A DNA stretch of 64,000 nt from Balanoglossus misakiensis. Taxonomy: Eukaryota; Animalia; Hemichordata. The translations under genes were made by a program, and so were the position numbers. The notes beneath the pieces were generated by a model, which was not told the DNA's origin, ran no database searches, and saw only the letters and a program-made list of their open reading frames with translations. Below, piece after piece: positions 50,413 through 63,076 of this stretch; position 1 is the first letter of the stretch; each line of letters begins with the position of its first letter. The DNA lies in contig CM082597.2 in the NCBI GenBank assembly GCA_040954595.2, positions 10,013,778 to 10,077,777 on the forward strand. The letters run 5' to 3'.

Positions 50413-51997
50413 TAGCTCAGCGTACAGGTCTGTGTTTCCGGTGTTACATGGCCTCCACCACGGGTTAGCCTAATTCAAGATTCACGTTTCAAGTTTCACG
50501 TTCCACGGCCCAAGATTCAGCGGTGAACTTGGATTCACGATTCACTTCCAACACTAAACTTATATTCTGATTCAGATTCGAGTCTTGTCACATCCTTTCG
50601 CCAGGGGGGGGGGGGGGGGGGGGGCGATTTATGAACGCTGCCCTCTAGTGGCTACTAAATTGACCAATCAGAGTGCGGCATTCTGGAAATTAACAGCTCA
50701 CTCATATGCGCGTCTTGTCGACATTAGAGGCTCGAAAAACCCCGTTTTTAAACGGAATGTGATCATAGAAATAAAACACGATCACAAATTTAGAAATTTA
50801 CATTATATGTGAAACACCAGACATTTTTTCCGTATGATACTACATCTGTGTTTATTTTACGGAGAGTTGAAATTGATATACCCAATCTTAAAGTAGGACC
50901 TTAAAAAAGTTGATTAGCTGTGTTTTGGGCATTATTGCATGAAAACGGTTGGGGCGATATCCATTTAAAAAACATTTTTGAGTTTTTCTTCATCATAACA
51001 GTTTAAAAATATAATAGCGCCTGTAAGCGCCTCTTTCTAAAACCCTGTATGACCGTGTTGAATTCCACGCCCGAAAGTGGGTAGTATTTCTGCGACTCCC
51101 ATAGACAACGTGTTTGGCACACGGTCATTACAGTGTACGCTGCTCTAGTTGACAGATACAAACAGGCGCAAATTATTTTGTCTACGCAATATTCTAAGAA
51201 TCGTAATCAAGTATCTTACAAAATACCAAAATCAGTCATGGCCCTGCGTTAGACCAAGCTATATATCCACCATAGGAACAGAATATTTGGGGAACCTTGC
51301 TTGGGTGTGGATCGAGGACAATAAACAATCGTACGCACCCCTGGTTACGGCAGCATAAACATATTAGACAAGACTCGAATCTGAATCAGAATATAAGTTT
51401 AGTGTTGGAAGTGAATCGTGAATCCAAGTTCACCGCTGAATCTTGGGCCGTGGAACGTGAAACGTGAATCTTGAAACGTGAATCTTGAATTAGGCTAACC
51501 CCTCCAACCACAGCCCTGCAAGACAAAACTGGTGCGTCTGCGGTCTGGATCCGTCTGCGGTCCGGATCCGGACTGCAGCTTTTTCGGCCGAAATTTGATT
51601 TTATCGAAGCAAAATCCTTTCCCTGTCTACTTCTACCTCCAAACCGACTCCAAATATGATGCGATTAACTTCTTCTAACATCCGAACCGCTCACTTTCTA
51701 AAACTTTTATGTTTACCCATGGAGATAAACTCGCTGTACAAGCCTTATATTCAGTATGGCAATCTCAACATGTAAACACACAAAAATAAACCAGAACGTG
51801 AGCCGTTCGGACGTTAGGACATATTTGGAGTCGGTTAGGAGGTAGAAGTATACAGGGATAGGATTTTGCTTCATAAAATCGAATTTTCGCCGAAAAGGCT
51901 GCGGTCCGGATCGCAGACGCACCAGTTTTACTTTCGTCTATGGAGCCTTGCAGGGCTGTGGTGGGGGCCGTGTAACGCCGCCGGGAACGCACAGACC
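50413..51997. mobile_element. M2-family element nested in M1
   Basis: TAGCTCAGCGTACAGGTCTGTG start; internal sequence matches 7328-7707. Confidence 0.75.
50462..51501. mobile_element. MULE-like element with ~125-bp TIRs nested in M2
   Basis: TIR GGGTTAGCCTAATTCAAGATTCACG. TSD CTCCACCAC/CTCCA(A)CCAC. Confidence 0.85.
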
Positions 51998-52970
51998 GAC
52001 TGCACTGACTTGACCTTCCTTAGCCAAAGTTAGCGTTATTTTAAAAATCATGTCACATCATTGGTTTTGGGATACATGGCAGTGGAAACTGGTTTATTTT
52101 TTATAAACTTTTACATGAAGTACGTTGTTTTTCCCAACTGGCGGCATGACTATGAGGGCGACCATGACGAGATTTTATGAATGATCAGTAATTCATCATT
52201 TGTATATGGCTACAGCTTGACATTGCACTGCTCTGCGAAAACAACTCGTATGTCAAACAAAGAAAGATATTATGGGATTATATGTAATTGTTCACAAGAG
52301 AAAGCCAGTCTGTCGTGTTCTGTGCGGTACTCGAAGTCAACAACAAAATTTCTCCCATTTTCCCTGTGCAATTCTTGGGTTTTGTTTCCAACAGTGCGGT
52401 CGACGTTACATGCAATCTGATTGGCCGGGTCGGAATGCGCGATTTCAACAGGATCAGCTCCAGTGACAGTTGGTCAGATGTAGTGTGAGGCGACAGCATA
52501 AAGAAAAAAAACACGTCTCCGTTCCCTACATCTGATTTTAATCAGATTACTAAGGCATAGACCAATTTGAAAATTGTTTCCAATTGTTGGAGAAGACACA
52601 TTTTCCACTATGCTTTGTCATGATGGAATGTCACATGTGCTTGGATTTGAAGGCTTATCGTGGTAGGGAATAAGGGAGTTTGTTGCTCACATAACGTTAT
52701 GCATACTGGTTCAAAAGCAGGAGTAGTCAATACTCCAGAGTTGAAGAAATTATTTATGCCATGGCCAATTTCAAAATATAAATTATTTTCCCCCATGAAG
52801 GGGCGACTGTGTTGAATCTTAGAATAAATACACTACATTATCAGTATTGGATGTAATGTTTACAGTTTGGAAATGAAAAAAGTTCTTTATTAAGGCAGTG
52901 ACATGGTACATTATCAGAAATGGACTAATTTTATTGTGATATTCACATATGAAAAGCTTGGTAGTGCACA

Positions 52971-53281
52971 TTATACACATGATGACTGACAATGAGGGCA
53001 ACAGTGTATTTTGATGACCGAGGGTGCTGCTAGTCAACTAAAACGGTCTTGTTTTGGTGTGACTGGCAGTCCCGAGGTCATCAAAAATACACTATTGCCC
53101 AGATATGTCAGTAATCATGTGTTTTATAACACATCAAACACGACACACACCACATCCAGGCAACAGTACCGGGCAGAAACCGATCGAACTGATGCCCTAG
53201 GGAAAAGTTCGAAATGACTAAGGTCACGTGACGGCGTTTTTACGAATCACGATCGAGGGTTCGCTGCATGGTGTGTTATAA
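52971..53281 (+). mobile_element. Crypton-like hairpin element family X6
   Basis: Hairpin at 52975-53122 with CGAG/CGAG; internal site TGTGTTTTATAACACATC; right end GGTGTGTTATAA. Confidence 0.7.
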
Positions 53282-53721
53282 TGAACACCTATTGCCTGGC
53301 CATGAGGGCCATAGCGGCCGTTTATTACCCACGAGGGGCTGTGAGTTACCAGAATCATATGCTATGCTAGGTGAAATAGCATATTATTCTGGTAACTCAC
53401 AGCCACGAGGGGGTAAAAACGGCTGCTATGGCCCGAATATAGGCCAGGCCATAGGTGTTTTATAATAAACCTCATGCTAACAGTTGGGAAAATCTTGCAA
53501 TTTTCTTTTGAGGTTGGCAGACGACATCTTCAGCGGTGGCCATTGTGTCAGACGACGCGACCGTGATTGACGTGACCGAGTCTGCGCACTCACGCTGGTC
53601 ACGTGATCGGTTTATATTTTTTCTGCTATTTCCCTGTAGGGTTCATAGTCGATTCTATTTTCCTATCACGTGACGGATTCTGGCGAATCACAACACAGTA
53701 TTAGCATGAGGTATATTATAA
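53276..53721 (+). mobile_element. Crypton-like hairpin element X2, copy 2
   Basis: TTATAA at both ends (53276-53281 and 53716-53721); hairpin to about 53466. Confidence 0.78.
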
Positions 53722-54767
53722 TATGTTGCCCACTTAGGGTGTGCACTTTGCCAATATCTGACTGCTATAAATACATTGACCTGTGATATTTCCTATAGTT
53801 TACTAGAATTATAGCTAGAGTAGCACTATTTTTCATTGCCATCTTCGACGATAAAATAGTTACTAATTATGGCCTACTATGGTGTCCATCTTTTTTTTAT
53901 GTCTTTGTCCATAGGTTACAGAGCTTCCTATCTTTATCCACACTACTTAACATCCCAAGGTATATTATATAATCTAATTTGTTTTATCAACTAATGCTAA
54001 TGCTCCACTAATATGCCACTTATGTATGCTCTCTCCTATTCAAAACTTACACATGATGTACATTTGTATCTGCTGTCCTGTGTTCGCCCCTGATAGTTTC
54101 CCATCCTATCCTTTACATCAGCATGTTTTAGCTATATTAACTGGCTCTAAGCTGACAACACTTGATGTTTGTGAATGCATCTCATGTCATGTAAAACCAT
54201 TTTGTTTCAATAAAATTGCTACTCATATTGCTTTCTCAGAATCCGCTTATCAGATTGTGTTAAAATGTGTAGGTAGGTCCTTTGGTGTGATGTAATACAG
54301 ATTTGTTTAAATTATGATGGCATCTGCTATATTGTCATTTTTGGGCAATATTTACCAGTTTGGTAAAAAAATCTTCTTAGAAACCATTTAAATGATTGCT
54401 TTGGAATTTGGTATGCAAGGGGGGAGGGGGGGGGGGGGGGCTAATCTTCCAAATCAGTGTGTTTTAAGGCACATGCAGATGTAGGCACTGAACTATATAC
54501 AAGTATTATAAACCCTGAATATGAATTATGAGTGCAAATGCAAAAAGCTTTGCCGCAAAGGAATATGTCACCACCTTGGGAAAAAGCAAGAAACAATGAA
54601 AACGTTGCATTTCCCACTATGAAATTTCATAAAAAGAGCATAAGAACTCGTGGAAGTAAATGTACTATGCTGAGACATTACATTTTCATTTTTCATTACA
54701 ATATTGCACTTTTTGGCTCCGAATTGTAAACAGAGGAGTCTTTGGTATTGGCAATTCAGCTCCTTCC

Positions 54768-57223
54768 TATGGGGGCCCGTTCTGGTCAAAATTGTAGTTT
54801 ATTAATAAAACGTGTTAGAATTAATTTTATAGAGCCTGGAATTAATTTTACCAGTACATGTATATAGAATTATTTTTTATGTGCTTTAATTATTTTTTGT
54901 AGTCATGCAGAATTAATTTTATGTGTTCTAAATAATTATTTTAGCTTATCTTTGTTAGAAATAATTTTGCCAACATCTCGAATTATTTTTACGTGTAGAC
55001 TCGAATTAATTACAGGTGTAGTGTCGAATTAATATCACGTGTTTGGTCGAATTAATTTCACGTGTTGTGACGAATTAATTTTACGTTGTGTCGAATTAAT
55101 ATTGCCCCCACAATCCTTTGCGCGTAAATCAAGATGGCGGCGGCTGAGCATTTCTTTCTCGCCGCATAAAGTTCGAAAAGGGGCCGTTGTACAAGTTGTG
55201 AGACGCTTTGCTGTCCAATATAAATGCAGTGTACTCGATAACGGCGATCGGTGCACGAGTTTTGGTCTACAGACGGAATTTTCTAGTCAAACCACTCAAA
55301 ACCACTACCAGTTGGTGTAATCGCCAGCCTTGCTATGGTATAGCCCAGCTCTGCGTACAGTGTTCTCGGCGTGGAGGCCGTGTAACGCCGGGAACACACA
55401 GACCTGTACGCAGAGCTAGCTGTTGCCCCGTGTTGCCAGTTCGCCTCGATCGAATAAATTTTGACATCTGAACATACGAAAATTGTGTTAATTTGTTATT
55501 TTCCGAACTAAGAAATAGCTGTAGGGCCCAGATCCCGGGAAACGCCGAATAAAATATTCCTTAATATTTCCCTGTAAACTCAAGTTTTGTTTAAATAAAT
55601 TTAAATTAAAAGGACAAAGTCTCTCTCTACATAACCATATTTAATGATAGCTTGCATTCTAAATTTATAACTGATAAGATAGGGTGTGGGGCATAGACAG
55701 TAGAGGGGCAGACCCCGAAGTCTCCACCTCCTCTAGGCTGCATTCACAAACACCTCTGGAGGGGGGGGGGGGTGAATTCAATTTTTTTACCGCTAATTTT
55801 CACATGCCCCCCGTGCACAACCCGAAATATTTTCAAAACCCCTTCCGAACTGCCAACATTTTGAACACCCCCCCCACCTCCATTTTCTTTCACAGAGCAA
55901 AACACATCACCTATCTATCTTGTAAAAAAAGAAAAACAGCGCTCCCATGAAAAGAATTTTAAACTGATGTTTCCCCTCATCAGTGGGTATTAAAACTGAA
56001 CATTGTTTTTATTTTTAAGTATTTGTATTCTGTGTTGGGATACATTGTAAACCGAGAATTGAAGGGGGTGGGTTTGGGAGGGGTTTCCCCCTCCCACGTA
56101 AGAAAATTTTATAAAATACAGAGCTCAAAGCTGCATTTTAATGAACTACCGGTATGTTGGGGAGGACAAATTTAACCGTCGCCGCTCAAAGTTATCATGG
56201 GGTTGGGGCAAGTCCCCTGACCTTGGACACTACATAAACCAGTCAATGATTGAAAGGTGTTGATGAATGGAGGGGCTGGGTATTAGAAAATTTTGTAAAA
56301 TAAAGGGCGGGAAAATGCATTTTTGTGGACTCAAAATAAATATTTAGTCGTCAAAGTTTTCAAGTCCCCCCCCCTTCAGTCCCTAAATATCAAATCCCCC
56401 CTTACATACCCTCATTTTTTTTTCAAATCCCCCCCCCCTCAATTCTCCCGCCCCCCTCCAGAGGTGTTTGTGAAAACAGCCCTACTGTCTAAGTACAGAG
56501 ATTGTTCAGCAAGTAATGTTTATTGTAGAAAAAGTATAACGGAACAGCGTTAATGCAAAGTTCCTCAAGAAAGGGGGACTTTAGTGCTTTATGTTAGCAG
56601 CTCCTTATGGTGTAACTCGGCCTTTACCGATACCGGCGATGCCTCCACACCACAGCTTACTATTGCCATAGGCAATGCTGGCGATTATCCCAACTTCCTA
56701 GTGACTAGGAAATTCCGTCTGTAGACCAAAACTCGTGCTCCGATCGCCGTTATCGAGCACACTGCATTTATATTGGACAGCAAACCTCCCCAAAACGTCT
56801 CACAAATTGTACAACGGCCCCTTTTCGAACTTTATGCGGCGAGAAAGAAATGCTCAGCCGCCGCCATCTTGATTTACGCGCAAAGATTGTGGGGGCAATA
56901 TTAATTCGACACAACGTAAAATTAATTCGACACAACACGTGAAATTAAGTCGACCAAACACGTGATATTAATTCGACACTACACCTGTAATTAATTCGAG
57001 TCTACACGTAAAAATAATTCGAGATGTTGGCAAAATTATTTCTAACAAAGATAAGCTAAAATAATTATTTAGAACACATAAAATTAATTCTGCATGACTA
57101 CAAAAAATAATTAAAGCACATAAAAATAATTCTATATACTGGTAAAATTAATTCCAGGCTCTATAAAATTAATTCTAACACGTTTTATTAATAAACTACA
57201 ATTTTGACCAGAACGGGCCCATA
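54768..57223. mobile_element. IS3EU-like foldback element, ~515-bp TIRs, 6-bp TSD
   Basis: TATGGG(GG)CCCGTTCTGG ... CCAGAACGGGCCCATA. TSD CCTTCC. The arms contain gaattaattt sub-repeats. Confidence 0.88.
55736..56481 (+). mobile_element. Harbinger-type MITE H1, copy 3
   Basis: Same TIR as the other copies, CTA TSD. Confidence 0.85.
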
Positions 57224-59799
57224 CCTTCCGGTGTCCGTCAATATCCGTCAAACTGTCAAGAATGCATACCATTTACTGGCGGGGGTGTGTAGCTTTGAGT
57301 TTTGAGGTGTTGAGAGAGAATTGAAACAGTGACCGAAATTGGAACAGATTAGCCAGTTTTATTCAAAGTATCCGAGTTTGGAATACCCAGCTGATGTTGT
57401 AGTATTACTCGCTTTGTGTTTGTGTGATAAATGTCATCGATCTTGGCATGGTGTAGCTGGCCTCTTATGTCGCAACTGAACATGGTATGACCCTTTATGA
57501 TGTGATACGTGAGGTATGCAGCTCAGACGCAGCTCAGACGTACATAATGTAATGTAAGGGGCCTTCTGCTGTTGACTGAGACTGTCACACTCACTGTTGC
57601 TTGTTTTGTATGTGTTGGTGTTGCTACATTTGTCATTTGATATGCCAGAAACAGTTGCCATTGTTGTATGAGATGGTATGCAGTGTTACTGTGGATAGGT
57701 GTAGTCTTTGTGTTCAGTTACTGCATTTTAATACTTGCATTGCCGTTCATGACGATACACAACCAAGCTGTTTGGTTCAAGCAGCTCTTGTACTCGGAGT
57801 ATGCATTTTGAGGTATAGAATACCTCAAAATGCATACTCTGAGTATAAACACCAACTTGAGCATCCTAGTATTTGGACTTGCATACATTGATGACATGCA
57901 TTGCCTTCTTTGACTTTTATCGCCGTATGTGTCAAAGAAGTTTGACTAAATAAATACGTTTTAAGAATGTACACACAGAACATACACCTGTAAACTGCTG
58001 ACTCATCAGTTTTCGCCAATTATTAATTAAATTCACAGCCTTGTATTTCAAAAACAAGCCAAGTGATCCCTTTATTTCATTACAGATTTTTATTATGCTT
58101 ACAAAGGGGAAAACAAAACTTCACAGTTAAAAGAAGTGACAATTCTTTTAATTTTACTGATCGCAATGTTGACTACTCAATCAATGTCAACCCGCATATG
58201 TTCACGAATGTGATTCGGCCTATTGATAGTATCGTGATTGTATGTGATCACACAAGACTACTAGACATCTCCATTCAGGATGTCAAAAAATCAGAGCTAA
58301 CTATAAATTATTGTATTTAATTATTATAAAAAATATTGACTTAAAACAAGTAAACTTGGGGTAATTTAAGTCGTTGCATTTCCATGCAGTAAAACCATGA
58401 TTGTACTACATGTATGTACCTCCATTATAACAAACTCACTCATAATGAAAACATGGTTACAATGAAATATCATCAGGTCCCAATAGCCAAATTTTTTTCT
58501 ATGCAAGATGCATTTAAAATGAAATCCGACTTACAAGGAACTGATTTGTCTCAAAAACAATGGATGTATAAAACATTTGGTTTTAATCTTGACATCGTAA
58601 TAATCAGTAAAAAGGAACACCATCTTGAAAATTTGCAAAAATGTATTATGGGACACTTGGGTTCCGTTTTTTTTTTTTTTTTTTGGGGGGGGGAGGTCTC
58701 AGTTGAGAGTCAGTCTTCACTTCAATGAAATCAGCGGAGAGTACTAGTATTTAGTAAACTATCACTCTGCACTTGCTTTACCACCTCTAGGGGCAACTAT
58801 GGACGTAAATCGTGAAATACTGATTTGTTGTAGCACGGTTAGTAACCGTGGTTGTAGTTTTCATAATGCTTCAACAAGTTAGATTTCCAAAGCATTCGAA
58901 ACAATGGTTTTACTGTCATTTGCAAAAACGTGTGAATGAACCACAGTCGCCTGGGAGTTGGGTTGTATACATGGCGATCGTATGTACACAGAAAAAGGAC
59001 AAGTCATGAAACCAGACCTCCATTTTGACAGATGCATTGCCAAGTTCTGTAGATGTTTTCACTCACACAAAGGCGAAATTTAATCAATAAATCGGCATCG
59101 ATACCACCCATTCCATGTCTAAATACATACTTGCTATCCAGCATGCCCATTTATAACGATCTTCCGTGTGTTATGGAGTGATTTCTGAGTGGTACTATGC
59201 GTTCTACATGCTCTGAAAATCCAGTTTCCAGCTACCTTTACATTCACATTTAAATGTTTCAAACGAACGCATATTTTAGGTGGGCAACCAATCACAGCCC
59301 CGGTACTTTCCAGCTGTCAGCTGAAGGTAGCTAGAAACTGGATTTGAGCCTACCCTACCCTACCCTAACCCTAACCCAATTGCGCAGTTGAAGTTAGGAC
59401 TTTTTATAACAAGGTTTACTAGTAACCTCGGAGTAATGAACAAGTCAAAGTGTACATCACGTTTGAAACTTTGGGCTTTTTGGAATGTGAAATAGCGGAA
59501 CAAGAACAACACGGCTATAGTTATCATGAACACCAAACAAACGTTGAAAAAGCCAGATTGGAAAAATTTCTCAAAGTACGGTTTGAAAAATCCAGACCTG
59601 AAATAGTTCACAAAGTCCGTTTGAATAATCCAGACCTGAAAAATTTCACGAAGTCTGTTTGTAATAAAAAAACATCTGAAAATTTCACAATGTACACTGA
59701 CTGTTTGAAAAATCCAGACTGAGTCAAGACATTCATTATACAAATATTTCTATGTTTGTCATCATAGAAAGGCCTCAGACACCTTTCATGTACTGTCTG

Positions 59800-60260
59800 G
59801 CAGCCAGGGCGGGATATCCGACTGCGGTGCAGCTCAAAGTGGTGTTGGAGCCTCGTTCGGCGGACACAGTGGGCGTTTCGCTGGTCATGTTGGGAACAGT
59901 GCAGCCAGCCCGTGAATCGGCTTCCCGCACTTTCATACCCGCCGGCGTGCGGCAATCGGGCTTGGGTCGTTGCTGGACCCGTTCTTTGATCTCAGCCACC
60001 AAGACAGCCACAGAATTCAAAAGTCGCATCTCCAAGGGTTGCCGTCCAGTTTCACTTCAAGGCTTGCTTCTGGATCTGTCAACGCACCTTCTTGGAGCGC
60101 CCGGAGAGCGCCTCCTGACAAATCGACAGAACTCATGCAGCTCTGCCAATCCTCTTTATCTATTAAATGTTGACGTTGTTACACTAATAGAGATAGCGTG
60201 TTTAGGTCATCAAAGAAAATACGGTGTTGCTAGTTTGGTGGCTGTCGCAACTTAAATTGA
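59800..60260 (-). pseudogene. Decayed LRR-LRRCT-Ig (LIG-type receptor) gene fragment
   Basis: SVDLSGGALRALQEGAL..LEVKLDGNPWRCDF*ILWLSWWL, then a frameshift to DCRTPAGM...CTVP...VSAERGSNTTLSCTAVGYPA. Locally GC-rich. Confidence 0.75.
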
Positions 60261-60772
60261 ATTTTTTCGTAAATGATACTGTAACTTGAAAGTTCATTTG
60301 TGTTGGGCTCGACTGGAAACGAGCGAGCTAGAATTCAACTGAAAGCCTCATGCTGGTCTACTGTTACTCTGTTGCATGTAATTCAAATACAAATTTACGC
60401 AATTTTTTAGCGTGTGAAATATCAACCGCAACCCTAGGGTCCTGTGAATAGTACTAAACCACTGGAAAATTGAACAGGTTGTGGACGCTTGTTGTCATAC
60501 CCGCCCCCCCCCCAAGTGTCCGATAATGCATTGCGAATTTTCAAGATGGCTTTAACACAGTTTATCCCTATACTGCAATACAGCACTGCCTGGTTTTTTG
60601 TCCTGGAAAATGGAAAATCACTGCGTCACCACTGCACTAACATGCATGATCTTTGTTTTGTTGTGGAGAACCCAACTCATCTGCCAAGTCTTTACTACTT
60701 GGTAGTCTCCAATACTGTAGTCTTTTTTTAAAAACAATGATTATTTATTCTATCAGTTTGTTTGATAAGAAG

Positions 60773-61440
60773 TGCCTTTCTCACGTGCCGTCAACGCCGC
60801 CCCAGCGGCTGCCCTAGGGCGGCGTTAATTTGTAAGTGCCACGTGTGAAAAGGTGAGAGCGGCCCTGCGCCGCTCTTTTTTTGTGACGGTGTTGAGGGGT
60901 GGGACCTGGGTCGGGGCGCCGCACTAAGCAGCGATTCAAATCACATGTGAACAGAAACACCGCACTAAACGCCGATCTAAACGCACTCTGCCGACGCGGT
61001 TTGTCTCATTAAGCGCTGCATTAAGCGTTGAGGTTCATTTTACTAAAACAATGGCCGAAGCTGTGTCTCGAGGCAACAATTGGAGTGACGCGGAAATGGC
61101 CAAGGCACATACAAAGGAATTGCAAACTCGACCTCCGACAACGATTTTGTAGCATGGACTGCAGTCTTCCAATCGCAACCTCCAATGAAAGGTTACCATA
61201 AACGGGTATCGGGTCATTCAAATGCCCATAAAATCGGCGTCGACACGTTTAAAAAGCAAATTCAAGAGTACCATATACAGTAAACACACGCTGCTGTGGA
61301 CGCGCATAGAGGGCGATGACCCCGTCCCTTTTATACACATGTGAAAGCAAAACTATTTGAGTCGCTGATAAGAAATGTTTACCAACTTTTATAATCCCGA
61401 AAAGGGCGGCCTAACCATGGCACATGTGCAAGCGACTAGA
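60773..61440. mobile_element. Harbinger-like MITE H3
   Basis: Imperfect TIRs (ctttctcacgtgcc / ggcacatgtgcaag). Myb-like stub MAEAVSRGNNWSDAE at 61050. Confidence 0.55.
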
Positions 61441-61549
61441 GTGTCCAAGCTTATGCCTAATCTCTTGGGCTAATCTTTTGTGGGTGCATTGTAAACACAT
61501 TCCTGATGTAATGACCCACCCAAGTTTGCATCTAGGAAATATATTATAA

Positions 61550-62221
61550 GGGCGTTCTCACTGTACACCAGTGCTACACCGGCCCATATATGACTGCGAC
61601 GGAAAAAAATAAGTGAGAATGCTTTACACCGGTGCTGCGCCGGTGTTAATTTGCGATGGCGATGAGGGGTGTTTCAGGGCCAGCGCTCCGATGCAAATAT
61701 GCAGTGAGAACGCAAAGCTAAACAAACACCATTCAAAAGTGCCACCCTGCCGTGACTTTTGGGTAGGTTGTTGAGGTATAGCCCATTGTCTTTGGTCAGT
61801 TTCCATTGTGAAGTCAATCACACTGGACGCAAGTGGTTTTTTAACCTTTCGTGGTTAGGTCTGCAACACTTCTTGTCTGTCACCAACTTTCAGAAGGTTC
61901 TCTCGATCGCTAAAAAGCTGAGGCATTTTCCATTTATGGATTAACATTCATTACTACTTCTAAACAATATCAAAACGGTCATGAAGACGACGACAAAGTT
62001 GTCTAGAACGCATATGTACCGTAGGTATAGAAACTGAAACATGTTGCTGTAATGTTCTCGACGTCCTTAATTTTGTTAGTTGCTGTGTTGCTAAACATGC
62101 AGGCCATTTAGACGGTGTTGATTTCAAAACAACATTCAAAAGTTTAGTACCTCCATGATGTGTGGACGCACTGAGATTCTGTGGGTTAATCCCCTGTATT
62201 TGCAGAGAGTAAACACTGGCC
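61550..62221 (+). mobile_element. H2 copy 2 (3'-truncated)
   Basis: Colinear with 48031-48690. Confidence 0.8.
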
Positions 62222-62250
62222 CTGCAGGTGTGGAAACATACATATATGCT

Positions 62251-63069
62251 GGGGTTACACGTGAATAATTTTAAACCTGAGTTGATCGGATTTGTTGCTC
62301 TGTAAACATTCCTTATCAGCGACTTACGAGAACGCTCGTTTACACGTCAATTTACAAGCTCTAAATTTAGTTCGGGTCAAGCGCCCTCAGCGGTATTCAC
62401 TGGGCTAACTCAACTTTACCACAATCGCCAAAATGGCCGACGTAAACATCGCACAGCTGTTCTCCACGCTCTTTTTGTGTTCAATCAATCAATCGAGACG
62501 CTTTCGGCGAAGATATTTACTAGGAGAGAATTTTGACGGCCTAACCTACCACGCCAACTGGCATTTCCTTCAATTTCACCGTAAGGCTATGTGCACACGA
62601 ATGTTGTTTAACCACGGTTAGGTTTAACCCATTTGTCTTACAAGGCATTTCTTTGAAGTTTCGATGCCATAACTGGGATCGAACTCTGAAGTTTCCGAAT
62701 AGATCGTGATGCCAACTAACTGATTAGAATGGTGAAATGTTTTCGTCTTTCCAGATTAAAATCAGTAGTTTGACTTCGTCATCTGACCAATTGTTGCCGC
62801 GATCGCGGGAGCATCTTGCTTGAACGCTGTCCATCGTGGTAATGACCGCGAGCCGGAAGACAAGATTTAGTGCGGTGTTTAGTTCGGCGATCGGGTCACA
62901 CGTGTGAAGAGGTCATTGTTTAAGACGGTGCACCGTACCTGAACCCCCCTCCAACTCCGGATTATTTTAATGCGGTGTTAGTCCGGAGTTGTCTGGTCAC
63001 ACGTCAAACTGACACCGGGTTAAATTTAATCCGGTGTCAGGTCCGGAGTAAACAGGCACGTGTAACCCC
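62251..63069. mobile_element. Internally deleted Harbinger H4 with stubs of both ORFs
   Basis: TIR GGGGTTACACGTG. The + strand reads MADVNIAQLFSTLFLCS..RRFRRR; the - strand reads MDSVQARCSRDRGNNWSDDEVKLLILIWKDENI (Myb/SANT-like). Confidence 0.75.
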
Positions 63070-63076
63070 CCCTATA

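Larger units (their letters stand above)
49974..52549. mobile_element. Long member of MULE-like family M1 with nested inserts
   Basis: TIR CAATCTGATTAAAAT. 9-bp TSD CTGAGGCAT/CTAAGGCAT. Confidence 0.8.

Noticed and set aside
53298-53440. SECIS-like ATGA...GA quartet in the hairpin (also at 17133 and 52991)
   Set aside because: It is intronic and repetitive, the stem is far longer than SECIS helix 2, and there is no apical AA at the right distance. Treated as part of the tandem-GA pattern instead.
58830-59210. Possible glycosyltransferase-like GGxDxD relic on the minus strand
   Set aside because: A single short motif among many stops; not supportable.
59752-60255. 167-aa + strand ORF
   Set aside because: An antisense shadow of the GC-rich LRR-Ig pseudogene.
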